In this document: one piece after another, positions 1 to 9,157 of the stretch
How the letters are laid out: the number at the start of each line of letters is the position of its first letter
Position numbering within the stretch: position 1 is the first letter of the stretch
DNA from: Desulfotalea psychrophila LSv54
GTDB lineage: Bacteria; Desulfobacterota; Desulfobulbia; Desulfobulbales; Desulfocapsaceae
DNA: 32,000 nucleotides
Reading direction: 5' to 3'
NCBI RefSeq assembly: GCF_000025945.1
Contig: NC_006138.1
Location: 1,560,001-1,592,000, forward strand
Notes under the pieces: model-generated
What the model was told of the DNA's origin: nothing
The model's input: only the letters and a program-made list of their open reading frames with translations
Databases searched by the model: none
Translations under genes and position numbers: made by a program

Positions 1-1568
1 ACTTGGCAGGGCAGCTCGTTCCCACTCTCCTTCACTGGTGAGTTCATATATTTTTACAGCCAGGGTATCCCAGCCAAAGGGTCTGGTCATAAGGGTGATG
101 GGCATCTCCTTAACAACATCCACCATCACCAGAATAAGTGCCGTTAGCAGCCCCTTTTTCAGGAGTGGAAGGTGGATGAGGCGAATCAGCCGCCGTCCCT
201 TCACACCGGTGAGCGATGCCGCCTCATCAAGACTTGGACTTATGCCCAGCATGTTGCTGTCAATTGCGCTGAAACCGGCAGCAAGAAAACGGACAACATA
301 GGCCATGAACATGACAAAGAGTGTGCCCTGAAAAACTGTGCCTATATTTACCTGAAATAAATACTGAGCGATGATCTGGAGTTGGTTATCAAGCCAAACG
401 ATGGGAATAAAAATACCGATCGCCAGCACTGTGCCTGGCAGGGCATATCCTATGGTAGAGACCTTTGCGCATAGGAGGTTGAGTCTGTGCGGTGAACGTC
501 TCTTTACATAGCTAAGCAGCAGGGCGCAGAGACAGGTCAACACTGCCGCTCCGCCGCCTAGAAAAAGTGTCTGTCCCGCCTGGCTGGCATAGTTGGGTAG
601 ATCTTTTCCTGCCAGACCGATGGCCCAGTATACGAGTTGGATAACAGGCAGGACAAAGGCGAAAATGACCATCAGGGAGCAGGCTAGGGTCGCCCCCCGG
701 GCCTGCCAGCCTTTGAGCTGGATTCTGCTATATGCATTTCTGCCCTTGCCATTTGAGTAAAAGCGCATTTTGGCTTTATATGATGCCTCGACCAATACCA
801 GGACCAAGGCAAACAGCACTAAAATTGATGATAACTGGGCAGCCGCCTGCAGAGAAAAAAAGCCAAACCAGGCCTTATAGATGGCCGTGGTAAAGGTATC
901 GTAATTAAAAACAGAGACTGTACCAAAATCTGCCAGTGTTTCCATTAAGACCAGGACCAGACCGCTGACAATCCACGGTCTTGCCATTGGCAGAGACACC
1001 TTCCAGAAGGCAATCCAGGGGCTCACCCCCAGGGTTTGGGCTGCCTCTATCAAAACTCGTCCCTGGCTTAAAAATGCTGCCCGGCTTAAGAGATATACAT
1101 AGGGATAGAGGGTGGCGCTTATGACAATCACCACGAATGGCCTTGAGCGCACCTCGAAGATGAGGTCTGAGCAGCCGGGGATCATCCTTATTACCGACTG
1201 AACCGGGCCCGCAAAGTCCATCACGCCTATAAAGATAAAGGCCATCACGTAGGCAGGGATCGCCATGGGCAGGGTTAAGGCCCAGGAAAAAAAGGATTTC
1301 CCGGGAAATGAGCAGGCACCTGTCAACCAGCCAAATCCAACCCCGAGAATGGTGGTGCAGACCAGAACTCCGGCACCGAGCCAGAATGTATTGAGCAGGA
1401 GAGAAGTCAGCACCGTTTCAGAGAGGTGTCGCCAAATTTCCTGCTCAGCCTGAAAGACCGAGCAGAAAATTACTCCTATGGGGATAACGACCAGCCCTGC
1501 CAAGGTAATTGCAGATATCTGCCAGCTATCCAGCCCGGCCAGTCGTAGTTTGAGGAAGGTTCGCATGT
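1..1568 (-). CDS. Fe(III) ABC transporter permease (FbpB/SfuB-like, two MetI-like domains), partial, runs off the window start
   Basis: Reverse-strand reading from ATG near 1568 gives MRTFLKLRLAGLDSWQISAITLAGLVVIPIGVIFCSVF... with many TM segments and two binding-protein-dependent permease EAA-like loops (VLIEAAQTLGVSPWIAFWKVSLPMARPWI; DEAASLTGVKGRRLIRLIHLPLLKKG). It lies directly downstream of a periplasmic iron-binding protein. It is absent from the ORF track, probably because it is open at the window edge. Confidence 0.9.
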
Positions 1569-1573
1569 CAGTC

Positions 1574-2590
1574 TTATTTGTACTCGGCGCGATCCATAAG
1601 TTTTATAGCCTCTGCCTGAAGCTCACCGTACTGAGCGACATTTAGTGGATTTCCCTTAAAATCACCCCATGTGGCCACAATCGGGTTGGCGGCAATACTC
1701 GGGTTAGCGGGATACTCCATATTCAAAGCGGCAAATTGCCCCTGGGCCTCCTCGCTGGATAACCACTCCACAAGTTTTACGGCCGCATCTTTATGTTTGG
1801 CGTGGGCGGTGATGCCTGCCCCGGAAACATTCATATGTACACCGCTGATCTCCTGGTTCGGCCAGAAGATGGCAAGAGGTAGCTCAGGGTTCTCCTTCAT
1901 AAGACGACCGAAGTAGTATGTGTTAACAATGGTCATATCTCCCAGGCCTGCAGCTACTGCTTTCATTGCCTTGGTGTCGTTGCTAAAAGGATCTGTAGCA
2001 AGGTTTGCCACCCAGCCCTTAACAATTTCCTCTGCTTTTTCAACGCCATAATCAGCTATGAGGGAGGCAACAAGAGACTGGTTGTAGACCTTCTTTGATG
2101 TACGCAGCACCAATTTCCCCTGCCACTTCTTGTCGGCGAGGTCCTCATAGGTGGAGAGTTTATCGGCGATGCCGGTCTCGGTATTGTAGACAATTGTCCG
2201 TGCCCGTACGGAGAGACCAAACCAGTTATTCTCAGGATCCCTGAGGTTTTCTGGAATATTTGTTGCTAAAATGGTTGAATTTACGGGTTGCAATACGCCG
2301 GCCTCTTTTGCCTGCCAGAGGTTACCTGCATCCACGGTGATATAAATGTCTGCCGGGCTGTTTTCCCCTTCTGCCTTCAGGCGTTCCAAGAGTACCCCAG
2401 CCTTTCCCGTAAGAAATTTAACCTTAACACCAGTTTTCTGGGTATAGAGATCGAAAAGAGGCTTTATTAGATGTTCTTTACGTGCTGAATATACAACAAC
2501 TTCTTCGCCTGCTGCCGATACAAAAATCGGTAGGCTGATTGTCATCGCCAGGGTTAATGCTAATAATCGGGGGAACATATTTTTCTCCAT
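1574..2590 (-). CDS. periplasmic Fe(III)-binding protein, FbpA/FutA family
   Basis: Signal peptide followed by EEVVVYSARKEHLIKPLFDLYTQKTGVKVKFLTGKAGVLLERL, and VNTYYFGRLM / NVSGAGITAHAKHKDAAVKLVEWL typical of family 1 iron-binding proteins. Adjacent to the permease. Confidence 0.92.
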   Translation of the reverse strand: MEKNMFPRLLALTLAMTISLPIFVSAAGEEVVVYSARKEHLIKPLFDLYTQKTGVKVKFLTGKAGVLLERLKAEGENSPADIYITVDAGNLWQAKEAGVLQPVNSTILATNIPENLRDPENNWFGLSVRARTIVYNTETGIADKLSTYEDLADKKWQGKLVLRTSKKVYNQSLVASLIADYGVEKAEEIVKGWVANLATDPFSNDTKAMKAVAAGLGDMTIVNTYYFGRLMKENPELPLAIFWPNQEISGVHMNVSGAGITAHAKHKDAAVKLVEWLSSEEAQGQFAALNMEYPANPSIAANPIVATWGDFKGNPLNVAQYGELQAEAIKLMDRAEYK

Positions 2591-2999
2591 CTGTATAGAA
2601 ATAAATAATAGCTGACTTATTTAGTCGTAGCTGTAAATGTTTGACAACCCTAAACTGGTAAGGGGGCGTGGTCAAGCAAAAAGATACCACAGTGTGGTGT
2701 CTTTCTCTGCTTTGTCTCGATTTCATCTTGTTAAATGGTTGAGATTAAATAGCTTATTCAGGCAGTGGAAATCTGATAAATGTAAGGGCTGCAAAATCTC
2801 ATTTTAACGTCAAGGCTTATGGCAGGCAGTAATTTTCCACCCTTTTTTCGGCCGCAGCCACCCTGGGATTAAATGTTTTCAGTCTGGTCTTAGCCCTGTA
2901 TTTTTTGTCATAAAAATGCTACAGATCCTCTGCCGGTGTTGGCTAGCTATGCACCGTCTTTAATCATTATCAGTGAGTTAAATTTATGGAGGAGGAGTA

Positions 3000-4316
3000 G
3001 TGAAGAAAGAATTGAGGGATGTGGTTGTTGTTGGAGCTGCGCTGTTTGCGATGTTTTTTGGGGCTGGGAATCTGATCTTTCCACCTGCACTGGGATTTCT
3101 TGCCGGAGACAACTGGTTTCTCTGTATGCTTGGCTTTCTCCTCACTGGTGTTGGTCTGCCTATTTTGGGTGTTGTGGCCATTGCCAGAAGTAAGGGCTCA
3201 TTTGATCTCTTTGCCGGCAGGGTTCATCCGGCCTTTGCCAAGATTTTGGGTACGGGCATTGTCCTTTCCATTGGTCCCTTTCTGGCCATTCCCAGAACCG
3301 CTGCCACCGTCTATGAGATTGGCATTCAGCCCATGTTCAGTGATGTAAGCCCGGTATTGGTATCGGCTCTCTACTTTTCCATCACCCTGCTCTTTGTTCT
3401 TAAGCCGTCGAGTATTATTGATAAAATAGGCAAGTTTCTTACCCCTGCCCTTCTGCTTATCATTACTATTATTATCTTTATTGGGGTAAGCCAGCCCATG
3501 GGGGTACCTTTGGATACCGCCTTTGCCCACCCCTTTTCCAATGGTTTTTCCGAAGGTTATCAGACCATGGATGCCATGGCCTCTATTCTCTTTGCCGGTC
3601 TTATTCTCACGGCCCTAAAGGCCAAGGGTTATACGGAGCCAAAACAGCAGATGAAACTGGCCTGTCAGTCAGGTCTCATTGCCGGGGCCGGCCTGATGTT
3701 TGTCTATGGCGGTCTCCTCTATCTGGGCGCAACTGGTAATAATGTCTTTCCTGCAGGTATTTCCCGGGCGGATCTGATTGTCTCTATGACCAATACCATC
3801 CTGGGGAGAACGGGCCAGATTGCCATGTGCCTTGTGGTCTCCGTTGCCTGTCTGACCACGGCTGTTGGCCTCACCGCCGTTGTCGGAGACTACTTTTCAG
3901 AACTTAGTGGCGGCAAACTGGCCTATAAGCCGGTTGTTCTGGCTACCACCATCTTCAGTGCCTGTATTTCGGTTTCGGGTATTGAAAATATTGTTAAACT
4001 GTCGGTACCGCTTCTGATCATCGCCTACCCGGTTATTATTGTTCTGATCCTCCTCACCCTTATCGGCAAAAACCTTAATGCCGGTGTCTTCCGGGGTGCG
4101 GTGGCTGGTGCTGTCTTTGTCAGCCTCTTTGACGTTCTCTCCTATCTCAAGATTGAAACGGGCACCGCCGGGAGCTTTATTGCCAAACTTCCCTTTGCCT
4201 CCTCGGGATTTGGCTGGATACTGCCCGCTACCCTTGGCGCTGTGCTCTTTGGCACCCTGATGCAGAAGATGGCCAAGCCGGTTAATACCCTCAGCAATCA
4301 TCATCACGGTGCTTAG
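3000..4316 (+). CDS. brnQ: branched-chain amino acid:cation transporter (BrnQ/LIVCS family), GTG start
   Basis: MKKELRDVVVVGAALFAMFFGAGNLIFPPALGFLAGDNWF N-terminus and overall multi-TM pattern typical of BrnQ. GGAGGAG ribosome-binding site just upstream. Confidence 0.95.
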   Translation: MKKELRDVVVVGAALFAMFFGAGNLIFPPALGFLAGDNWFLCMLGFLLTGVGLPILGVVAIARSKGSFDLFAGRVHPAFAKILGTGIVLSIGPFLAIPRTAATVYEIGIQPMFSDVSPVLVSALYFSITLLFVLKPSSIIDKIGKFLTPALLLIITIIIFIGVSQPMGVPLDTAFAHPFSNGFSEGYQTMDAMASILFAGLILTALKAKGYTEPKQQMKLACQSGLIAGAGLMFVYGGLLYLGATGNNVFPAGISRADLIVSMTNTILGRTGQIAMCLVVSVACLTTAVGLTAVVGDYFSELSGGKLAYKPVVLATTIFSACISVSGIENIVKLSVPLLIIAYPVIIVLILLTLIGKNLNAGVFRGAVAGAVFVSLFDVLSYLKIETGTAGSFIAKLPFASSGFGWILPATLGAVLFGTLMQKMAKPVNTLSNHHHGA

Positions 4317-4359
4317 TCAGGCCCCTGCAGAATTGTTTAGGATCGACTAGCTCTCCCTT

Positions 4360-4390
4360 AATCCCCGCCCTTTGGTGGGGATTTTTTTTT
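4360..4390 (+). terminator. intrinsic terminator of brnQ
   Basis: aatccccgccctttggtggggatttttttttt: GC-rich stem followed by T tract, just after the brnQ stop. Confidence 0.85.
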
Positions 4391-4560
4391 GCCCACCTGT
4401 ACTATACAAAACCCTTATCTACAAAGCGTCTCTGGCAATACCCTCTCCAGATGGTTTTACTTTTGTTTTGGGTATATGACCAAAATACCCTTGACAGCAA
4501 TCTCCGTCGGATCTACAGTTATAGTCAAATGACCAAAACAACTTATCCAGAGGAGGATTG

Positions 4561-5334
4561 ATGCCAAGGCCCAAGCTACCAAGATTTATTGAAATGCATC
4601 CCGAGGTGGAGGGATTTAGCCCGGATGGTATTAGCCATACTGGGGATACCACCCTCTCCATGGAGGAGTTTGAGGCCATAAGGCTCAGTGACTATCTCGG
4701 GCTTGATCAGTCTCAGGCAGCTGAGCAGATGAACATATCAAGACAGACATTTGGCCGAGTATTAAGGCAGGCACGTTTTATTCTCTCTCAGGCCCTGGTC
4801 ACGGGCAAACGCCTCAAGGTTGGGGGTGGTTGCTATAAGATGCAGGGTAGGGGGGGGCGGAGAAGACGTGGCAGAACAACCATAGATCTCAAGGAGGATC
4901 TCATGACTCAGGCAGAACAGGAAAATAGTCAGCTTAATCAGGCGGGCAGTGGCGAGAATGAGCAAAGCCCAGTTCAGGGACCAGGTCAGGGCAGGGGCCA
5001 GGGACAGGCCTTAGGCCAGGGCCAGAGACAGGGCCAGGAACCAGGTCAGGGTCGGGGCTTAGGTCGAGGACCGGGTCAGGGCTTAGGGCAAGGACCAGGA
5101 CAGGGCTTAGGTCAGAGAAGACCGGGCCAAGGTCAGGGCGGTCAGGGATTAGGTCAGGGCTCGGGTCAAGGTCAGGGCTTAGGTCAGAAACCGGGACAAG
5201 GTCAGGGCTTAGGGCAAGGTCAGGGCTTAGGCCAGGGTAGAGGTCAGGGCCAGGGTGGTGGACGCGGCGTGGGAGGAGGACGAGGCCTCGGTTGTGGCAA
5301 GAGAGACGGCAGCTGCAGACAGAACAATAAATAG
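4561..5334 (+). CDS. DUF134-family HTH protein with a long C-terminal Gly/Gln/Pro-rich low-complexity tail (alternative TTG start at 4558)
   Basis: MPRPKLPRFIEMHPEVEGFSPDGI...LSMEEFEAIRLSDYLGLDQSQAAEQMNISRQTFGRVLRQAR is the classical DUF134 domain. AGGAGG RBS. Tail of GQGQ/GLGQ repeats ends GLGCGKRDGSCRQNNK. Confidence 0.9.
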   Translation: MPRPKLPRFIEMHPEVEGFSPDGISHTGDTTLSMEEFEAIRLSDYLGLDQSQAAEQMNISRQTFGRVLRQARFILSQALVTGKRLKVGGGCYKMQGRGGRRRRGRTTIDLKEDLMTQAEQENSQLNQAGSGENEQSPVQGPGQGRGQGQALGQGQRQGQEPGQGRGLGRGPGQGLGQGPGQGLGQRRPGQGQGGQGLGQGSGQGQGLGQKPGQGQGLGQGQGLGQGRGQGQGGGRGVGGGRGLGCGKRDGSCRQNNK

Positions 5335-5356
5335 TAAAGTCAGAATTAATAGAAGA

Positions 5357-5389
5357 GCCAATCGCCCTATGAGGTGGTTGGCTTTTTTT
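5357..5389 (+). terminator. intrinsic terminator after the DUF134 gene
   Basis: gccaatcgccctatgaggtggttggcttttttttt hairpin plus T run. Confidence 0.75.
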
Positions 5390-5446
5390 TTGCCTGGTCG
5401 GAGTGAGAGGCGATGGCCTTTCTCCCAAGGGGAGTCTTTACTAGCT

Positions 5447-5923
5447 CTACATCCAGACGATATACTTATTTTCAAAGTCTATTTTGAAGGGATGTTTCTT
5501 GAGGAAATCCACTCCCAGCAGGCCCCTGTTTTGGGACCCAGATTGCGGGTATGTCGAGACGGTGAAATTGTACTCATGCTCCGTGCTAACCCTTAGCATA
5601 TCCAGCTCCACAGAGCGGCCATAGCATTTTGAACCATTGGCGACCGTTGCCACCACCTTTGGTCCATAGTTAGCTCTCATCCCCTTTAGATATCTATAGG
5701 GGATGGTTGTATGGCTGGAGCCCGTGTCGAGCACCATATAAACCCTTTTGCTTCTGCCTCTATGTCGCAGGGTGACCGGAATAAGTATTTGATTGTTAAT
5801 GATAGTTATTTTGGTGATATTTTTTTTCGCCCTATTGACACTGCTGCCGATATTTTTGCCATTTGCTCCAGGCACAGCTAAAAAGAATAACAGCACAAAC
5901 AGGGATAAAAAACGCATTTTCAA
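5447..5923 (-). CDS. secreted retropepsin-like (clan AA) aspartic protease
   Basis: Signal peptide MKMRFLSLFVLLFFLAVPGANG; catalytic motif VYMVLDTGSSHTTIP; later NRGLLGVDFLKKHPFKIDF as in retropepsin-like bacterial proteases. Confidence 0.82.
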   Translation of the reverse strand: MKMRFLSLFVLLFFLAVPGANGKNIGSSVNRAKKNITKITIINNQILIPVTLRHRGRSKRVYMVLDTGSSHTTIPYRYLKGMRANYGPKVVATVANGSKCYGRSVELDMLRVSTEHEYNFTVSTYPQSGSQNRGLLGVDFLKKHPFKIDFENKYIVWM

Positions 5924-6305
5924 ACTTTCTCCTCAGGCTATTTTCTCTCCTTAAATATTAAAACGTGCCACCTTTTTTGCCTGTTCTCCTCTGCTGGACA
6001 AAAACAGGTATCGTCCATTTACCAAATTTTGCTGTGAAATACCACGCATTTTCAAGCAGGTTCAAGAGCTGTGGAAAATGGCTGGAAATTAATTTTTGTA
6101 CGCCTGCTGAGGAGCTTGCGAAGAACAGTCAGTTAATTCGTGGCAAGGTGGGGGGGGCTATAAAAAAAAGCTAACAAAAAAGGGCCTTAAAAGCTCTGCC
6201 AGCTCTTAAGGCCCTTTCTGTTTTATGGTCGGAGTGAGAGACGAATCACTGTCCTGGGTTTACTAAGACCATTCTCATACTTTTTTTTCTGCTAAAATAA
6301 AGCGC

Positions 6306-6626
6306 CTATTGATAGCTCAGGTCAATATCAAGGCTGTCAAGCATCTGCTCCAGGGTCGCAAGAGAACTGTGGCACTGGCTAATATGTTGTTCAAAGGGGT
6401 GAATGGAATCTACCAGGGCACAGGCCTGGGCGGCATGGAGACGTAAAGAGGAGATTTTTTCGCTGGCGCTATTAAGGTTCACCTCTCGATCCTTTAAGAT
6501 TTTCTCGATCTCATCGCAGATGTGGCTGATGGTCGCATGGCCTGTGTAGCGTTCGATTTCGCTCTGGTCGGCCAGATTGTCGAGTAGCTTTTTGATTGCC
6601 TTTACAGCTAGGTAGTAGTCGAGCAT
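6306..6626 (-). CDS. hypothetical small helical protein
   Basis: 106-aa ORF with coherent helical composition (MLDYYLAVKAIKKLLDNLADQSEIERYTGHATISHICDEIEKILKDRE...). No family recognised. Confidence 0.6.
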   Translation of the reverse strand: MLDYYLAVKAIKKLLDNLADQSEIERYTGHATISHICDEIEKILKDREVNLNSASEKISSLRLHAAQACALVDSIHPFEQHISQCHSSLATLEQMLDSLDIDLSYQ

Positions 6627-6960
6627 GGCTGTCTCTCCTTATATTTTTTGAGTAAGTCGGGAGTAGAAGGAAGAGACTCTCTTATTGGCTCCTCTCCGAG
6701 TCTCTTGCTTATTTTAAGCCTAGCAGGGAAGAGATCCTCTTTCAAATGAGAACTCAACTTATTGTCGGAGTGGCGATAGGAGGGGGGCTGCTGCCTGCAA
6801 AGAGGTCAAAGATTATCATGCTTGGCAAAAAATATTAGGTACGCCTTATAATACTCTTGACTAAATAGAATAATATTGGCTATATACCTCTCATAAATAG
6901 ATATTATCTGTAATTTATGGTGAGTCATCCTTGCCAATTGGCCGGACAGCACGGGGGTAA

Positions 6961-7716
6961 GTGCCGCTGGGCTTTATTCAGACATTTTGGGGAGAATTAG
7001 TTTTGTCATCTTTTAGCGCCAAGCCTGTATCCTTATTGCCCAGTGTTTTGGGTCTTCATTCCGTGGTTGATATGGTGGTCGCGACACTTGATATTCGTGA
7101 TCCTTATACCTCTGAACACTCCCATCGTGTCGCCGGTCTAGCTGAACTTTTGGCTGAGGCGATGGCACTTTCTCCTGAACAGTGCCGTCTTGTCCATTAC
7201 GCGGCCCATCTTCATGATATAGGTAAGATAGGGGTGTCTGATAGTACCTTAAATAAAATTGGAAAATTGACAGCTGAAGAGATGGCGGAGATGCAGGCTC
7301 ATTCGGAAATCGGGGCAATGATCCTCAGTAAAAATCCGGAATTTACCCTCTTGGCAGAGATTGTTCGGCATCACCACGAACGTTGGGATGGTAAGGGTTA
7401 TCCTGATGGCATAAGTGGTGATGCCATTCCACTTGAATCTCGGATCATCGGTCTGGCAGATGCCTTTGATGCGATGACATCAGATCGTCCATATAGAGCT
7501 CATAAAACACATGAATGGGCCCTTGAGGAGATTAAGAAGCACGCAGGTAGTCAATTTTGCCCTGAATGTGTCAGCATTTTCCTCACCCTTCGCGCAAAAT
7601 TAAAACTTAATCAGTATCAAAGTAGTAAGAGAGCCTTCTCTCACCATCAGGCCAATGTCAGACATCATACTCTTATGCACTCTCAGCGGATCAGATCAAT
7701 GCCAACAAGACATTGA
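6961..7716 (+). CDS. HD-GYP domain putative cyclic-di-GMP phosphodiesterase (start uncertain; internal TTG near 7003 possible)
   Basis: SEHSHRVAGLAELLAEAM, YAAHLHDIGKIGVSD, VRHHHERWDGKGYPDGISGDAIPLESRIIGLADAFDAMTSDRPYR: complete HD-GYP signature. Confidence 0.93.
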   Translation: MPLGFIQTFWGELVLSSFSAKPVSLLPSVLGLHSVVDMVVATLDIRDPYTSEHSHRVAGLAELLAEAMALSPEQCRLVHYAAHLHDIGKIGVSDSTLNKIGKLTAEEMAEMQAHSEIGAMILSKNPEFTLLAEIVRHHHERWDGKGYPDGISGDAIPLESRIIGLADAFDAMTSDRPYRAHKTHEWALEEIKKHAGSQFCPECVSIFLTLRAKLKLNQYQSSKRAFSHHQANVRHHTLMHSQRIRSMPTRH

Positions 7717-7819
7717 GAAGTCTGTAAAGAACGGATGTTGATTTTCTGGCCTCTGTTGCTCTACTCTGGAGCAGGGCATGTAAAGAGCACGAAGAGTGTC
7801 AGAAAAAAATGTATCGAGG

Positions 7820-8042
7820 CTAGGGGGTAACTGCCTGGACAGGGCATGATCTTCGACGCAGCAGGAGAATCCTGCCTGCCGAGAGGGTGTACCGCCTGAC
7901 ACAGGCGAATCTTGTGTTGCCTTTTACTGCCATCGAGAACGGTAATGGTATCACCATCAGCAATGCTGATAACCTTGTCAGAAAGTGTCTGTGTCTGGGT
8001 AGTTGTACTTGCAAATAATAGGCAGATAAAAAAATTGCTCAC
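7820..8042 (-). pseudogene. truncated thermonuclease (SNase-like) fragment
   Basis: LSDKVISIADGDTITVLDGSKRQHKIRL matches the SNase N-terminal motif, then the similarity stops and the frame degenerates. Confidence 0.65.
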
Positions 8043-8074
8043 TCATGTAATTCATCAAGTGTGATAAGTTCAAA

Positions 8075-8330
8075 GCTTACATCATCCCACCAAATACTTA
8101 AAATAATGTAATTTGTCTTTTCCCGCCCCGTTCTCTGTGTACCTGTGACAATATAAGAAGTTGGCCGATAGTTCTTGGTGGACTTTTGGCTGCCCGCAGG
8201 TCTCTGTTTACAGAAGCCAAATCTCTTTTGAGTTGATGTTGTTTTTTTGATATCATCCGTAGTGGATGCAGGTCTGCGTTTGTCGGCCTTTGAGTCAGGC
8301 AAGGTTGGCAGGCACCTGGAAAAGGAGGTG
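8075..8330 (-). repeat. copy 1 of a dispersed repeat, related to the segment at ~24285-24455
   Basis: Reverse complement ccttgcctgactcaaaggccgacaaacgcagacctgcatccactacggatgatatcaaaaaaacaacatcaactcaaa closely matches plus strand at 24281 onward. The flanking ORF 8039-8302 may be spurious or degenerate. Confidence 0.75.
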
Positions 8331-8416
8331 AGCCATCCCCGTATAAGTGGCTTTAGTTACATCTTTATCTGATTGATTAAGCAAGGAATTTTTTGAATTT
8401 AAAAGGAGAAAAAATT

Positions 8417-8635
8417 ATGAGTACAGCCGGAAATGATATCGCTCAAATGAACGATCAGATAGCAAAGTATGGTTCCGTTACTCAGTTTGGTATTCGCATC
8501 TCAAGCATTACGGGTACAGCCGACGATCCGAATCAGAGTTCCGGCATCGCTTCCAAGACGGACAAAGGTCTTGGTGGCTATAATGGTAGTTGGGAGGTGG
8601 GCAACTGGGGGGATACCCTGAGATTTACTGTTTAG
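8417..8635 (+). CDS. small Gly/Ser/Thr-rich hypothetical protein (72 aa)
   Basis: MSTAGNDIAQMNDQIAKYGSVTQFGIRISSITGTADDPNQSSGIASKTDKGLGGYNGSWEVGNWGDTLRFTV, preceded by a ggag RBS. A hairpin follows at 8663-8695. Confidence 0.55.
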   Translation: MSTAGNDIAQMNDQIAKYGSVTQFGIRISSITGTADDPNQSSGIASKTDKGLGGYNGSWEVGNWGDTLRFTV

Positions 8636-8662
8636 GAGCAGTGACTCCAGAACGTTGGTTCG

Positions 8663-8695
8663 TTCAGGTCTCGGGTATCCGGCCCGAGGTCTGAA
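8663..8695 (+). promoter_or_regulatory. strong hairpin downstream of the small ORF
   Basis: ttcag-gt-ctcggg-tatccgg-cccgag-gt-ctgaa; no T tract, so not a canonical terminator. Confidence 0.5.
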
Positions 8696-8823
8696 TCGGA
8701 CTTAAAGGTAAAGGTGTCTGTCTATGATTTTTGTAATTCGGCCCAACCTCTCATTGGAGCCATTACTGTGAATTCTGTGGACACTTTACTTAATTATTTG
8801 TGGAATTCATCATGAAGAACATA

Positions 8824-8884
8824 ATCCAACATTGAACGCGGACGGGCGAAAAAGCCCGACATCCGGTTAATTCAGCGTTAATAT
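8824..8884. other. weak attC-like palindromic site
   Basis: ATCCAAC...GAACGCGGACGGGCGAAAAAGCCCGACATCCGGTTAATTC...GTTAATA: RYYYAAC-like and GTT-like ends around imperfect nested stems. Confidence 0.35.
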
Positions 8885-9157
8885 TGTCAAATCGAAAGGC
8901 TTTGCTCAATGCTTCAAGTTGAAATTTATATTGTAGGTTACGGATCTCGAATCTAGTCTCTTGTAGGCTGTTTGTCGACGTTTTCAAGGCCTGCCTGGCA
9001 TTTATTTGAGCTGTTCAAAGGGGAGGATTAGTGATCGTCCGAGATCTGGGACAAATTTAACGATTTAGAGGTGAAGAACAACTGCATTATGGCTTATGGT
9101 GCAGGCCTGTATTGCTGGGCCTGTTAGGTGGAAAAGACCCAAAAGGGCGGAAGAGCA

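Noticed and set aside
4960-5300. Regularly repeating DNA resembling a CRISPR or tandem array
   Set aside because: It is in-frame coding for a GQ-rich protein tail; repeats are short and contiguous without unique spacers.
4934-5475. Long minus-strand ORFs opposite the DUF134 gene
   Set aside because: Shadow ORFs created by the low-complexity repeat (LSPDPDLV... pattern); the sense strand has the DUF134 domain and an RBS.
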